Positions 1 through 10,889 of a stretch of 64,000 bases of DNA are shown piece after piece; position 1 is the stretch's first letter; each line of letters opens with the position of its first letter. Both the position numbers and the translations under genes were made by a program. This stretch comes from a virus (lineage: Duplodnaviria > Caudoviricetes). Location: the IMG/VR virus record IMGVR_UViG_3300025652_000060, positions 1,336 to 65,335 of that record; one strand, given 5' to 3'. The notes under the pieces are model-generated. The model saw only the letters and a program-made list of their open reading frames with translations, made no database searches and was not told the origin of the DNA.

Positions 1-2
1 GG

Positions 3-878
3 GACTTCGCTAATTCAAAACTAGGCGCTCCGGGAATTGTTCTAGTTGTTCAGCAGACTGACCTAGAGGAACCTGAAAAAATAGCAGACGGAACAATTAT
101 AGTTAGGGCTAACTTTACTGTTAAGCATAGAGCTACTATCACGGGAACGGCTACCTTACCGGATCCGCCGGCAGTTGGTGAAACATGGAGCGTTTTAAAA
201 GCTTATGATTTCACAGATGCTAACAATACCTTTATGACGGCCCCTATTCGTAACGTTTCAGGCGCAACGACTTTCTCGGTGGCTTGTATAATAAACATCG
301 ACATGACTCAAAATCTTTCCGGTAGAAATATTTGGTATTTCTACGGAAAAGAACTTGATGCCTCAGGCGGTAAATTTAGCGGGACGTGGATTAATTCGGC
401 TTTTAGTTTTGGGGTAGGTTCGGCCTCGACAACCTATAGACCTACTAGGGCGGATAAAAATTATCATTTAGTTTTTGTATATGACGGCAATGAATCAGGG
501 ACAGACAGAGCAAAGCTTTACGTGGACGGTGTTCATCTTTTAGATGAAAGTTCTGGAACAATACCCGCAGTAATTCCCTCAACTATTATGGACAACAATT
601 GTCATATAGGAACTAGGGAAGGTGACTTAGTTGGTTCCGGTATGTGGGACGATAAAATTATTGAGTTAAGCACCTTTTCAGACGCTTTAACTCAATCGCA
701 AGTGACTAATTTGTATAATGCCGGATCCTATTCAGATCCTACAGCTATTGGAACCTGTACGCACTCTTACTGGTTCGGGGACAACACTTTAGACACATCG
801 GAATTAATTATTGATAATGTAGGCAGCGCAAACATGGGTTGTTCTAATTTTGAAACAATAGATATTATAACTTTATAA
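3..878 (+). CDS. Tail completion/terminator-like protein fused to a C-terminal LamG/ConA-like domain (5' truncated by window edge)
   Basis: Frame is open from position 3 (DFANSKLGAPGIVLVV...) and aligns with 32746..33921; YHLVFVYDG...KLYVDG LamG motif; directly upstream of tail tube. Confidence 0.75.
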   Translation, partial: DFANSKLGAPGIVLVVQQTDLEEPEKIADGTIIVRANFTVKHRATITGTATLPDPPAVGETWSVLKAYDFTDANNTFMTAPIRNVSGATTFSVACIINIDMTQNLSGRNIWYFYGKELDASGGKFSGTWINSAFSFGVGSASTTYRPTRADKNYHLVFVYDGNESGTDRAKLYVDGVHLLDESSGTIPAVIPSTIMDNNCHIGTREGDLVGSGMWDDKIIELSTFSDALTQSQVTNLYNAGSYSDPTAIGTCTHSYWFGDNTLDTSELIIDNVGSANMGCSNFETIDIITL

Positions 879-891
879 CCAAGGAAAAAAC

Positions 892-2055
892 ATGACGATA
901 GGTGTAGTAGTAAATGAAAGTTCAATTTCATTAGTTAAAGAAGTGACAGAGGGAACAGTTGTTACCCCTTCAAGTGGTGCCGACTATCAAGAAGTTCTAG
1001 CCGGAACTTTAGAAATGACAAAAACTAGAGAAGAACTTTCTAGAGACACACTTTCTAGCACGACAGAGCAAGAAGCTTCACGCGTAGGAATTCCCGAGGT
1101 AACGGGCGCTTTAGGTGTTGAGTTTAGAGCTAGTGCAACAGAGGGAAGTTATCCGCAAGCCCTAGAAGTTTTAACAGAATCTTTACTAGGTGGAAAAAGA
1201 ACAGCGGCAACAAAAGACACGACAACCGGAAACACATCAACAGTGTTAACGTTTGCCTCACATAGTTATTTAGTTGGTGACATTGTTATGGTTAAAGAGG
1301 CCGGGGCTTTTGAGTGTCGTCCTATTTCTGCCGTTGATGCAACAACTATCACATTTCCTTTTGCTTTAGATAATGGAGCGCCGTCAGACGGTGTAACTGT
1401 TTCGGCAGTATCAACTTTTTATTCTGACACGGCCAACAGTTCAACTTTTTCAGCGGAACATAATGTAGGTAACGAAATTAAGCAGACAGTAGGCGGACTT
1501 AGAACTTCAAGTATGACTTTAGAAAACTGGTCAGCGGGGACAATTCCAACAGCGTCTTTTGCAATGGGCGGGTTATCGCTTGAAAGAACTTCTGCCGCCG
1601 GTTCATATACTCCGGACTTTACTGCCGACGCATTACCTCCGGTAGCTTTAGAGGCTTGCCTATGGGTTAACGGAACGTCTGTTTCTTATACTGAACTAGG
1701 CTTAAACATTGAGAATGAAGTTAACTTTATGAAAGACGCTTGTCAGGCTAACGGAAAACTAGGATCTAGAGTTACGAGTCAGACAACAACTTTCAACGCG
1801 TCAGTTTATTCAGACGATACAACCCTTACAACGTGGGACAATTTCAACGCGAATGACGACGTTTCTATTTTCTTTTATGCTTTTAATCCAAGCGCAACAG
1901 CGGGTGAATTCTCAGAGGCCGTTGCGGGTTGGTTACCTCAAGGTAAATTAATTGAACACCCTTTTGCAGACACAGACGGTATAGTTTCAGATAGCTTGGC
2001 AGTAAAATGTCATAGAAATCTAGGCAGTGACTCCGTTTTTCTTGGGTTTATGTAG
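892..2055 (+). CDS. Major tail tube protein
   Basis: 387 aa, beta-rich, precedes the chaperone pair and tape measure; homolog at 33935. Confidence 0.8.
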   Translation: MTIGVVVNESSISLVKEVTEGTVVTPSSGADYQEVLAGTLEMTKTREELSRDTLSSTTEQEASRVGIPEVTGALGVEFRASATEGSYPQALEVLTESLLGGKRTAATKDTTTGNTSTVLTFASHSYLVGDIVMVKEAGAFECRPISAVDATTITFPFALDNGAPSDGVTVSAVSTFYSDTANSSTFSAEHNVGNEIKQTVGGLRTSSMTLENWSAGTIPTASFAMGGLSLERTSAAGSYTPDFTADALPPVALEACLWVNGTSVSYTELGLNIENEVNFMKDACQANGKLGSRVTSQTTTFNASVYSDDTTLTTWDNFNANDDVSIFFYAFNPSATAGEFSEAVAGWLPQGKLIEHPFADTDGIVSDSLAVKCHRNLGSDSVFLGFM

Positions 2056-2065
2056 AAATAACTAT

Positions 2066-2116
2066 TGTTCCTATGCGTTGTTAATGATTTAATTTGTTAA
2101 ACAACACATAGGAGCA
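2066..2116 (+). promoter_or_regulatory. Hairpin sequestering the Shine-Dalgarno of the tail chaperone gene
   Basis: tgttcctatg...cataggagca stem; loop ATGATTTAAT also in the equivalent B hairpin. Confidence 0.6.
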
Positions 2117-2121
2117 TTTTC

Positions 2122-2538
2122 ATGGTTAACATTCTAAGGTTAAGTGACAGAGTTAAAGTTAAGGTTGGAAAGGTTACATTTCTTCTAGCGCCACTTTCAA
2201 ACGACAGAAAAAGAGAAATTGTTTCTTGCACGACTATGAGTGGCGGGACTTCTGTTTTTGATTATGCAAAAGCGCAACACCTCTATATTAAACATTCTTT
2301 AAAAGATGTTGAGGGTATTACTACTTATGATAATGAAAAATATGAACTTGATTTTGAGGGTGACTGTTTAACTGACGAATGCGTTTCGGATATTTTTACT
2401 ATTCCACAAAAACCCGAGCTAGTGTCATGCGCGTGGCAGATTCTAAGCGGCATACCTGATAAGGTTCTTAATGATGAGGGTAAGCCACTTAAAGGCGTTA
2501 CGTTGGAAGTGATAAGCTCACGGAGCAAGAAAAAATAA
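2122..2538 (+). CDS. Tail assembly chaperone (gpG-like)
   Basis: Between tail tube and tape measure; overlapping open -1 frame leads into the next ORF. Confidence 0.75.
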   Translation: MVNILRLSDRVKVKVGKVTFLLAPLSNDRKREIVSCTTMSGGTSVFDYAKAQHLYIKHSLKDVEGITTYDNEKYELDFEGDCLTDECVSDIFTIPQKPELVSCAWQILSGIPDKVLNDEGKPLKGVTLEVISSRSKKK

Positions 2539-2636
2539 GCCGCATCGTTAACCCGATAATAGACGCTTTATGTTTTAAGATCACAACTATTTCAGGCGTT
2601 ACCGATGCTGACTACATAGAAATTGTTTCAACTTTT

Positions 2637-3029
2637 ATGGTGGCCACTAACCATAATTTCAATTGCACCATGTGTAAGGCGAAATATCCGAGACAACCCG
2701 ATAAAAGAGACGCAATGTTTAAGCAAAAGAATTGCCGAACTGTTGCGCCTCAACCCTTGTTTGAATATCGCCCTACGCATTCAATGACCGGACACGCTGT
2801 TATAAAATACAGCACTTGCCCGCCTAATTTATTCAATTCCGGAACATTAAACTTGATTAACATGGTCAACAGTTTTGCAGAGGGATTAATGCCTTATAGT
2901 GGGGGACTATTGGAACAACCCGCGAAGTTTGTCGAGGTTATGGAATTAGTGCATAATTTAAAAGAAGAATACAACACCGAACAAACTAAAAAAATGGACA
3001 AATATAATGGCAAACGAGGTAAGCGTTGA
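2637..3029 (+). CDS. gpT-like C-terminal extension of the tail chaperone (probably made by -1 frameshift), Cys-rich
   Basis: -1 frame has no stop from about 2493 through this ORF; CxxC...C...CP motif shared with B. Confidence 0.65.
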   Translation: MVATNHNFNCTMCKAKYPRQPDKRDAMFKQKNCRTVAPQPLFEYRPTHSMTGHAVIKYSTCPPNLFNSGTLNLINMVNSFAEGLMPYSGGLLEQPAKFVEVMELVHNLKEEYNTEQTKKMDKYNGKRGKR

Positions 3030-4884
3030 AATTACCATTGAGGAAAAAGATGCTTTAAGAGCGTTGACTAAATTGACTCGGGGTATTGATACAACAACAG
3101 ACAAGGCAAGTAAGGGCGCTAAAAAAATGGACATGGCCTTTGCATCATTCGCGGGCAATCTTGCGGCGGGCGCAGCACTTAAAGGACTTGGGTTAATTAC
3201 TGACGGCGTGAAAGCCATGGTTTCACAAATTGGAACACTCACAGACGCCGCCAGTGTTCAAGAGGACGCAATAAACGACCTTAATAACGCTTTAGTCAGA
3301 GGCGGGGAATTCAGCAAGAAAACGTCTTTAGAAATGCAAAAGTTTGCAAGCGAATTGCAACAGGTCAGTAAGTTTGGTGACGAGGCTATACTTTCACAAA
3401 TGGCCTTCGCTCAATCAATGGGCGCAACGGGTGAACAATCAAAAACAGTTCTTGCGGCAGCGGCAGATATGGCAAGCGCATTAAACATTGATCTTAATAG
3501 CGCCGTCAGGAACATATCAAAAACACTAGGCGGTTACGCCGGGGAACTTGGTGAAGTAATACCGGAACTTAAAAACTTAACAGCGGAACAATTAAAAGCC
3601 GGGTTAGGTATTGACCTACTAGCGCAGAAATTCAAAGGCGCGGCAGAGTCACAAATTAGCACGTTCAGCGGAGCAATTGAACAGGCGTCAAACACGTTTG
3701 GTGACTTACAAGAAACTTTAGGTTTCACTATCACACAAAGCCCCGTTGTTATCGCAGCAATTAAAGGTTTATCAAAAGGCGTTCTTGCACTAGACGGAAT
3801 AGTTAAAGAAAATTCAGAGACAATAAGAAGTTACGCAGAGGGTGTTTTAATTGGTGCCTTAACAGGTGGTATAAACTTCGCGGGACAAGCTGTTATAAAA
3901 TTCAACGCTGTTCTAGTATCAACAAAAAACTTTATGAACTTCCTAGTAGACGGATCACTTGCGGCATTGCAAGGCCTCCAGGAATTTAGTGCGGGGCTTA
4001 TTGGTGCCGTCTCTAGTGTTCAAAACTTTCTAGGGTTATCAACAGAGGCCTCCGATTCATTACAAGCGTCAGTTTTAAGAAGTATAGAAGTTACAAAACT
4101 AGCTAGGCTTGCGAATGACGAGGAAGTGGCCAACAGAATAATGAGACAACAAGAACTTGCGGAAAACGTTACAATGGTAACGGAAACAATTAACACCGCA
4201 ATACTTTCAGAGGCTACCGTTAAAGAGGGAACTGATTTAAGAATTGTTCAGTCAGAAAAAAATAAACAGATACTATTAAAAAAGACTAGAGACGACGCAG
4301 AAAAAGCAAGACAGAAAGCCGCTGAACAAAACTTTCTGTTTCAAAAAGCTTGGGATAAACAAACACAAAAAGAAAAAGTTGCCTCACTTAAAGGCGCTTT
4401 AGGAACAATTGCTACATTACAACAGTCAGGATCTAAGGAAGGTTTTGCAATCGGTAAGGCAGCGGCAATTGCTGACCATGGAATTAATGCAGTTTCCGCC
4501 GTTTCAAAAGCTTTAGGATCCGCGCCGCCTCCGTTCAATTTTATTCTAGCGGGATTAGTAGGCGCAGCAATGGCAGTTCAAGGCGCTAAAATAGCAAGCG
4601 CGTCCCCTCCGGGTTTTGAAAATGGTGGTGTAGTCGGCGGCTTTACAGGCGCAAGCGCGGGGCCTGACAATGTTAATATCAATGCCCGTCGTGGTGAAAT
4701 GTTTTTGAATGCCTCACAACAACGTAACTTGTTTGACGATATTAATAACAGATCCACGGGAAGTAATGACGGCGAAACAATAGCGGCGTTAGTTAATCAA
4801 CCTATAATTCTACAAGTTGATAACAAGGAAATAGCACGGGCCGTAAGAAACGCGGAACGTGACGGCTTTCAGGTAGCAATATGA
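3007..4884 (+). CDS. Tape measure protein
   Basis: 625 aa, Ala/Gly-rich helical; C-terminal FENGGVVGG motif; position. Confidence 0.85.
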   Translation: MANEVSVEITIEEKDALRALTKLTRGIDTTTDKASKGAKKMDMAFASFAGNLAAGAALKGLGLITDGVKAMVSQIGTLTDAASVQEDAINDLNNALVRGGEFSKKTSLEMQKFASELQQVSKFGDEAILSQMAFAQSMGATGEQSKTVLAAAADMASALNIDLNSAVRNISKTLGGYAGELGEVIPELKNLTAEQLKAGLGIDLLAQKFKGAAESQISTFSGAIEQASNTFGDLQETLGFTITQSPVVIAAIKGLSKGVLALDGIVKENSETIRSYAEGVLIGALTGGINFAGQAVIKFNAVLVSTKNFMNFLVDGSLAALQGLQEFSAGLIGAVSSVQNFLGLSTEASDSLQASVLRSIEVTKLARLANDEEVANRIMRQQELAENVTMVTETINTAILSEATVKEGTDLRIVQSEKNKQILLKKTRDDAEKARQKAAEQNFLFQKAWDKQTQKEKVASLKGALGTIATLQQSGSKEGFAIGKAAAIADHGINAVSAVSKALGSAPPPFNFILAGLVGAAMAVQGAKIASASPPGFENGGVVGGFTGASAGPDNVNINARRGEMFLNASQQRNLFDDINNRSTGSNDGETIAALVNQPIILQVDNKEIARAVRNAERDGFQVAI

Positions 4885-5645
4885 TTAAATTTTTATCAAA
4901 CAATTTAGTTGAAACAGCAACGTTAACAGCGTCTACAGAAAACGCTCAATATCCTGTTTCTAATATACAAGACGACTTTAGAACTAAGACTTTCAGATCA
5001 ACAACTAATTCAGACAACGTTGTTATAGATCTTGGATCAACGGAACCTGTTGACTACTTAGCTATTGTAGATAATTGGAAAAATGGTTTCGGTGTTTCAA
5101 CTATTACAGTTGAGGCAAACGCCACTGACTCATGGGGGGCACCTAGCTACTCAACAACTTTAACCTTTGATTCTACTCATGGCATAGGACTTAAATCTAT
5201 AACGGAACAGTCTTATAGGTTTTGGCGTTTTGTAGTTACCGGATCACTTGGTTACTGCGAACTTGCTAACATTTTTATAGGTAAAGCCGTCGATATTTCA
5301 ACAAACGGAATTGACTATAATTGGAAATATAACAACAAGGATCTAAAGAAAGTTTCTAAGACAATATACGGTCAGGAATTTATAGACGATATGGGCCAAC
5401 AAAAAGAACTTACCGGGCTTTCAATGAAGGTCGTGGACACAACGGAGCTAGATCAATTTTTCAGCGTCTACGATGATAGAAGAACAGTTAAACCTATGTT
5501 CATACATTTTGACGATAGTAGTAATGTAATTTCAAACGACTCTGACCGGTTTAGTGGGTTCTATAAATTCGCAGCTGAACCGGGTATGGTTAACACTAAT
5601 TCAGGTTTCTGGACTATAGAGTTTTCTTTAAGGGAACAAAAGTAA
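4881..5645 (+). CDS. Distal tail-like protein with discoidin/F5-8-like N-terminal region
   Basis: Follows the tape measure; YRFWRF motif; homolog at 38138. Confidence 0.55.
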   Translation: MIKFLSNNLVETATLTASTENAQYPVSNIQDDFRTKTFRSTTNSDNVVIDLGSTEPVDYLAIVDNWKNGFGVSTITVEANATDSWGAPSYSTTLTFDSTHGIGLKSITEQSYRFWRFVVTGSLGYCELANIFIGKAVDISTNGIDYNWKYNNKDLKKVSKTIYGQEFIDDMGQQKELTGLSMKVVDTTELDQFFSVYDDRRTVKPMFIHFDDSSNVISNDSDRFSGFYKFAAEPGMVNTNSGFWTIEFSLREQK

Positions 5646-6094
5646 TGACTATGTTAGTTGTTGACGAGTTAGAAACAACCTTGTCACAAACATTTACAGT
5701 GTTCAAAAACAATAGACTAGATCTTGTAGCTATTCGCCCTTATATACTTTCACATAATAGCCCCGCCGGAACATTTACATTTAAACTATTAGACGGTGCC
5801 ACAACTTTATTTAGTGACACATTTACAGCGGCGGAATTAAAAACAGATATTTCAACAGCTAACGACTATGTAAGGATATGGAAAAATTTTTCAATTACTG
5901 TTCCGACCTTCCTAGAAAATGGTGACTACACTTTAGAACTTTCTAGTTCGGGCTATACTTATTCTGACGCTAGTTATTTAGGTTGGATAAAAGAACATGA
6001 GCATTTAACAAACGTTATTACTAACGACGACGCCACTAGCGCGCTACAATTTCCTAGATCATTCCAATTATTAACAAGACAGGATTCAATATGA
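5645..6094 (+). CDS. Minor tail protein
   Basis: Tail operon position; homolog at 38899. Confidence 0.5.
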   Translation: MTMLVVDELETTLSQTFTVFKNNRLDLVAIRPYILSHNSPAGTFTFKLLDGATTLFSDTFTAAELKTDISTANDYVRIWKNFSITVPTFLENGDYTLELSSSGYTYSDASYLGWIKEHEHLTNVITNDDATSALQFPRSFQLLTRQDSI

Positions 6095-7605
6095 CAAAAG
6101 TAATAGATTTTAATGACGGGTTTTCGTCAGGATCACAACCCACGGCAGAGGGGGCAATTGCTTCTTTCTATAAGGCCTATGCAAACAACGCAGCTTATGA
6201 GGCGGTTTTTACTGCCGTTGCGGGTTCGGTGTTTTGGGACACGACTCTAGACGTAGAAAAAGTTTACGACGGAACAAATTGGCGGACTACTGAACGCGCT
6301 TTAGATAATGCAGAGGCGGGGGATCCGGGCGTTAGTAATGACAACACGGAAGGTTATGAGGTTTTAAGTTTATGGCTTAACACTTCTAGTGGGGCTTTCT
6401 TTAGAGCAACAGACGTTTCAACAGGCGCAGCGGCATGGCAAGAAGTAGCCGCCGACTCTGTTCTTGATTCTCATATTTCAGCAACAGTGGCCCACGGAGC
6501 AACAGGCGCGGTTGTTGGAACAACTAACACGCAAACATTAACAAACAAAACGTTAGACGATGCTTTAACGGTTAAAGAAATAACAACACCCTCAACCCCG
6601 TCGAGTGGATATAAAAAAATATATGCAAACACTGACGGCAAACTTTATACCGTCGACGACGCGGGAACAGAAACAGAAGTGGGCGCGGGTGCTGCCGGTT
6701 TACCTATATTAGAACGCTTTTATAGTGAAGATTTTTCAGTTACAAGTAGCACGTTTTTCAGTGTAACCGGGAACGCTGCCACGCCTGATAATGCGGGAAC
6801 CGGATCAATGGCCGGGGGGCTTGTTACAAGTTCTAAAGGTGGTAGTTTTTCCAGTGAAAGGACTGTTGGGTTTCTAACTAACGGCGCGGGAACTAATGAC
6901 TTTTTCTTATCGGACGAAATTGCACTTGAGGAAAATCAAAACGGACGCCTTATAACTATAGTTCTAGATTATACTTATTCGGGTAACACGGCAGATATGA
7001 AATTTTTATTTCACGACTCTACTAACGATACTGTTCTTTCAACGTCGTCAGATCTAATCTATGCTTGCACAACTTCAAGTGAAGTAAAAAGATTAATTGC
7101 TTGTATATACGTCCCGGAAAATTGCGACGCTGTTAGATATGGTTTTCAAAACCAATTGTTTTCTAGTTTAAAAACTTTAAGCTTTACTCATGTTTCACTT
7201 TCAACTAGAGCAATAGACATTTATCAAAACAACCTACTCACGGCAGATGTTTCGTCTACTAGTGATATGGCAGATCTGACTTTTAGTAATTTAGAAATCG
7301 GAAAATACTATAGACTAGGCGGTTTTATTTACTCTAATTTCGCTACTGCTTTGAAAGTAATTGTTTATTCAAACGCGTCAGGCGCGGGAACGGAATACGG
7401 AATAATTTTTGACTGGTCTAATGGAAGTGGAACAGCACAAAACGGTTCGGCGGGTGTTAACCTTACATTTAGAGCGGTTACAACTAGCGTTTATTTCAGA
7501 TTAATATCACCGTTTTCTGACACTATATTAGGCGATAATACTTACGGCGAAACTTTTATTCAATTAACAGAGTTAAACAATACCGTGGCAACAACTAGGT
7601 TCTAG
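6091..7605 (+). CDS. Tail fibre/receptor-binding-like protein
   Basis: TQTLTNKT and TPSTPSSG fibre-type motifs; homolog at 39348 with a variable middle. Confidence 0.6.
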   Translation: MTKVIDFNDGFSSGSQPTAEGAIASFYKAYANNAAYEAVFTAVAGSVFWDTTLDVEKVYDGTNWRTTERALDNAEAGDPGVSNDNTEGYEVLSLWLNTSSGAFFRATDVSTGAAAWQEVAADSVLDSHISATVAHGATGAVVGTTNTQTLTNKTLDDALTVKEITTPSTPSSGYKKIYANTDGKLYTVDDAGTETEVGAGAAGLPILERFYSEDFSVTSSTFFSVTGNAATPDNAGTGSMAGGLVTSSKGGSFSSERTVGFLTNGAGTNDFFLSDEIALEENQNGRLITIVLDYTYSGNTADMKFLFHDSTNDTVLSTSSDLIYACTTSSEVKRLIACIYVPENCDAVRYGFQNQLFSSLKTLSFTHVSLSTRAIDIYQNNLLTADVSSTSDMADLTFSNLEIGKYYRLGGFIYSNFATALKVIVYSNASGAGTEYGIIFDWSNGSGTAQNGSAGVNLTFRAVTTSVYFRLISPFSDTILGDNTYGETFIQLTELNNTVATTRF

Positions 7606-7606
7606 T

Positions 7607-7810
7607 ATGATGAAACTAATAGCGTCCGCAATTTTATCAATAATGGCGTCCGGCCTAGCTTGGGTTTATGCTAGTTCGATAGATTTTGGTAAAGCAATTG
7701 CAGTATTGCAGAGTAAAGAGATAAGCCATAAAGAATTAATCTTGAGAGTGGATAGGAAAACGGATATTCTTAACAATAAATTAGACCGACTACTAGAGAG
7801 AAGAAAATAA
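7607..7810 (+). CDS. Small membrane coiled-coil protein (holin/XhlA-like)
   Basis: N-terminal TM helix plus C-terminal KLDRLLE; homolog at 40843. Confidence 0.45.
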   Translation: MMKLIASAILSIMASGLAWVYASSIDFGKAIAVLQSKEISHKELILRVDRKTDILNNKLDRLLERRK

Positions 7811-10353
7811 TGACAACAACTTATTCAGACTTTCAGGGCGCATCAAGAAGTGAAAAAGTTATTTTATGTCACATCGAACCGGCGGAACGGTTGTTAATAT
7901 GGACGTTAGACAGCGGCGCTATTTATAAAAGAACAACAGACTATTTTGTTATTGATATAAAAGACGCAACAACTTCTTTAACAGAGGCCTCTAGTGCTGC
8001 GCTTAATGCGGGTGAGTGGTTTTATGATATTGAATCAGGTGTCTGTTATATTAGAATGTCAGATAATTCAAACCCTAACACTAAAAACATTGTAGGATAT
8101 TATAGACAATTCTTTTCTAGTGGGCCTTTTGATTTACCTTATGATTTAAACACGGGCGCGGTTGTTCCTTATTTACCTTATCTTAAAAGTAATTCGGCAG
8201 TAACGAAACAATTAGACGAGGAACAAACCGGCGTTGCTTTAGAATCAGCTACTAAAGTAACTCTAGATAATACGTCAGCGCAGTTTGACGATAGTTTCGA
8301 CACTCTCTTTTATGAGAATAAGAACATACGAATTTACTCATGGTCACCAAGTATTGCAGTGACAGAGGCGCAAGTTCTTTTTGTTGGTGAGATTCAAGAC
8401 AAAACATTCAGTCCTAGTAAAATAGATTTTAATTGTAAGGACTATATCTATCGTCTGCGTGAATTCGTTAACCTTGACGTTTTTACCGTTGCTGACGGGG
8501 ACGTTCCTGACTCTCTTATTGATACGCCAAAACGTAGGATCTACGGGCAAGTTGACGGTGTAAAATGCGCGCCTATTGATAACACTCTAGACGGCTATAC
8601 ATTGACCGGGACTGTTTCAAGCGCGTCCGGGACTAATATCTTTACAGGTGTTGGAACTTCATTCCTTGACGAGCTTTCCCCGGGTGATACTTTAATTGTA
8701 GAACTTGCACTAGAGACAGTAAGCGTTTCTATTGAGGAAGTAACAAGCGACACTTCTATTATTGTTAACGAGGAAGTTGAGTCAGGCTTTAGTGGTGAGA
8801 CGGCAATTATTAACCCCGACAGGCCATGGCGTAAGAAAAACAGAAATTGGCATATTGCCGGACATAAATTAAGACAACCTACGACGACAATAGCAAGCGC
8901 GTCCCAACCTAATAGAATTGTACTAACGGACGGCGCTGACTTTTTCGCCGGGGATCTTATAGACGTTGACGGTTTCGACGTTAACATTAAAAGAATTTCA
9001 GGAAACAATGTAACCTTGAGACAAAACATTCCAAGTGGAACGCCGTCAGGTGTTGAGACGGTAACCCGTAATCCTATTTCTAAAGCTTTCTTAAATAAAA
9101 CAGAGGCCTTTATAAATTCTGACTGGACGGTTACCAATACAACAGAGGGAATTTTAAACCTTAACGTTCTAGCTGAATTTAATAGGGCGCCTAGAAGAAC
9201 AATGCCCGGAACTATTACATTTACAAACGCCTCTAGGAACGTAACCGCCACGGGCGTTAACCTAATAGATTATTTAAAGCCGCGTGATTGGTTACAATCT
9301 GACGACCTTACTCACACAACTTGGTATGAAATTCTAAGCGTAGAGGAAAATGATTTAACATTAAGAGTGGCCTATGCCGGATCAACACAAAGTTCTAGTG
9401 CATATAGAAAAAACCCGGATCTAATCGGGGACGACTCTTTAATTACTGTTAACTGTATAGGTTATGAGTCAGCGGGAACGTGGGTTAAAACTGCGTCCGA
9501 TGCTGTTAAACATTTACTAGAAAACGACTCTGCCGCTACTAACATTAACGCCGCGTCTTTCACAGAGGCAGACAGTGACGCGCCCTTTACTATATCTATG
9601 GTTATCCCTGAAACTTTAGGGAAAGACGCGCCGACAATTAAACAGGTCGTTACTAAACTGAACGCCTCTGTTTTTGGATCACTTGTTAGTAATTCAGATT
9701 TTGAAATGGTCTATAGGATCCTGACGCCTGAAAAACCCGAGGAACTTGAGGCTTTAGAACAGCATGACATTATAGGCGAACCAACCGTAAGAAGTAGAAA
9801 CGAAATTATTAGAAAGGTGATTTTAAAATATCGCCCGTTTGTTGACCGATTTACAGGTGAGGACTCTTTTAAAGCCATTATAAATGAATCAGATTTTGTT
9901 GATAACTATATTGGTTCTAGGCAAGAGTTAGCCGTTACGGTCTATTTATACGCCGCTAACGACGCCCTAGAGATAGCTGAACGGTATGCTCTTTATAATT
10001 CATTGAGTCAATCAACTATTACTATTAAAGGAAAGTTAAACCTAGCTACTAAAAGCCTTAATGATAAAGTTTGGATCAACCTAGATAGGATCTATAAAAG
10101 ATTCGGCGGACGGGATAGACAGAAAATAGGAATTGTAAATAAAATTAAGCTTGATGGAAATAGTACGGTGTTAGAATTTAATGATCTATCTAACGTATTT
10201 AATAGAGTTCCTAGTATAACGCCCGACTCTGCTAATGATTTTACAAGCGCAACAGCTAGTGAGAAAATTAAAAACGGTTACATGGTAGACAATGATCTAG
10301 AAGTTCCTGACGTTACAAGTGACGCGGAATTAGGAACTAACATAATAGGATAA
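7810..10353 (+). CDS. Large tail tip/baseplate hub protein
   Basis: 847 aa, beta-rich, in tail operon; 847-aa homolog at 41048. Confidence 0.65.
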   Translation: MTTTYSDFQGASRSEKVILCHIEPAERLLIWTLDSGAIYKRTTDYFVIDIKDATTSLTEASSAALNAGEWFYDIESGVCYIRMSDNSNPNTKNIVGYYRQFFSSGPFDLPYDLNTGAVVPYLPYLKSNSAVTKQLDEEQTGVALESATKVTLDNTSAQFDDSFDTLFYENKNIRIYSWSPSIAVTEAQVLFVGEIQDKTFSPSKIDFNCKDYIYRLREFVNLDVFTVADGDVPDSLIDTPKRRIYGQVDGVKCAPIDNTLDGYTLTGTVSSASGTNIFTGVGTSFLDELSPGDTLIVELALETVSVSIEEVTSDTSIIVNEEVESGFSGETAIINPDRPWRKKNRNWHIAGHKLRQPTTTIASASQPNRIVLTDGADFFAGDLIDVDGFDVNIKRISGNNVTLRQNIPSGTPSGVETVTRNPISKAFLNKTEAFINSDWTVTNTTEGILNLNVLAEFNRAPRRTMPGTITFTNASRNVTATGVNLIDYLKPRDWLQSDDLTHTTWYEILSVEENDLTLRVAYAGSTQSSSAYRKNPDLIGDDSLITVNCIGYESAGTWVKTASDAVKHLLENDSAATNINAASFTEADSDAPFTISMVIPETLGKDAPTIKQVVTKLNASVFGSLVSNSDFEMVYRILTPEKPEELEALEQHDIIGEPTVRSRNEIIRKVILKYRPFVDRFTGEDSFKAIINESDFVDNYIGSRQELAVTVYLYAANDALEIAERYALYNSLSQSTITIKGKLNLATKSLNDKVWINLDRIYKRFGGRDRQKIGIVNKIKLDGNSTVLEFNDLSNVFNRVPSITPDSANDFTSATASEKIKNGYMVDNDLEVPDVTSDAELGTNIIG

Positions 10354-10355
10354 AT

Positions 10356-10886
10356 ATGGCCTTCAATACAATAAGCGCGGCTTTAATTGCAGTTGGAAAA
10401 CCAATTTTAAAAAGCCTTTTTCAAACTATAAAAGATAATCAGGACGACCTAGACAGTAGAGTTACAACGGTTGAGGCGGGCGCAAGCAAGGCGCGTTTTT
10501 GGTCGTTACCAGTGTTAGGCGCATCAAGTTTCACAGTGGCAACAGGTGTTTCACAAATTAGAATCGACTCAACTATTGATATAACTGACGTTGTTATTGC
10601 AATCTATGACGACACAACGGCCATAACATCGGGGACACTTGAAATTGATATTGTTAAAGCAACGGGCGCCGGGGACGGGCCTGACTTTTCAAGTAGCACT
10701 TCGATTTTTACAACTAAACCCTCAATAGATTTTTCAACCGCTGACGATTTTGACGAATCAATTAATCAAGTTCTTAACGCTACCAATGCGGCAGTTGTTG
10801 AGGGTGACTATATTCAATTAAACATTACTTCCAAGCCCGCGGGCCTAGGAAAGTTCTTTATGTATTGCATAGGGGAAGGATCTTAA
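10356..10886 (+). CDS. Minor tail protein
   Basis: Homolog at 43594. Confidence 0.55.
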   Translation: MAFNTISAALIAVGKPILKSLFQTIKDNQDDLDSRVTTVEAGASKARFWSLPVLGASSFTVATGVSQIRIDSTIDITDVVIAIYDDTTAITSGTLEIDIVKATGAGDGPDFSSSTSIFTTKPSIDFSTADDFDESINQVLNATNAAVVEGDYIQLNITSKPAGLGKFFMYCIGEGS

Positions 10887-10889
10887 ATC

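Noticed and set aside
8595-9251. Long antisense ORF (also 2958, 19321, 36890, 57470, 61716 and similar)
   Set aside because: Shadows of well-supported genes on the opposite strand, with no independent motifs.
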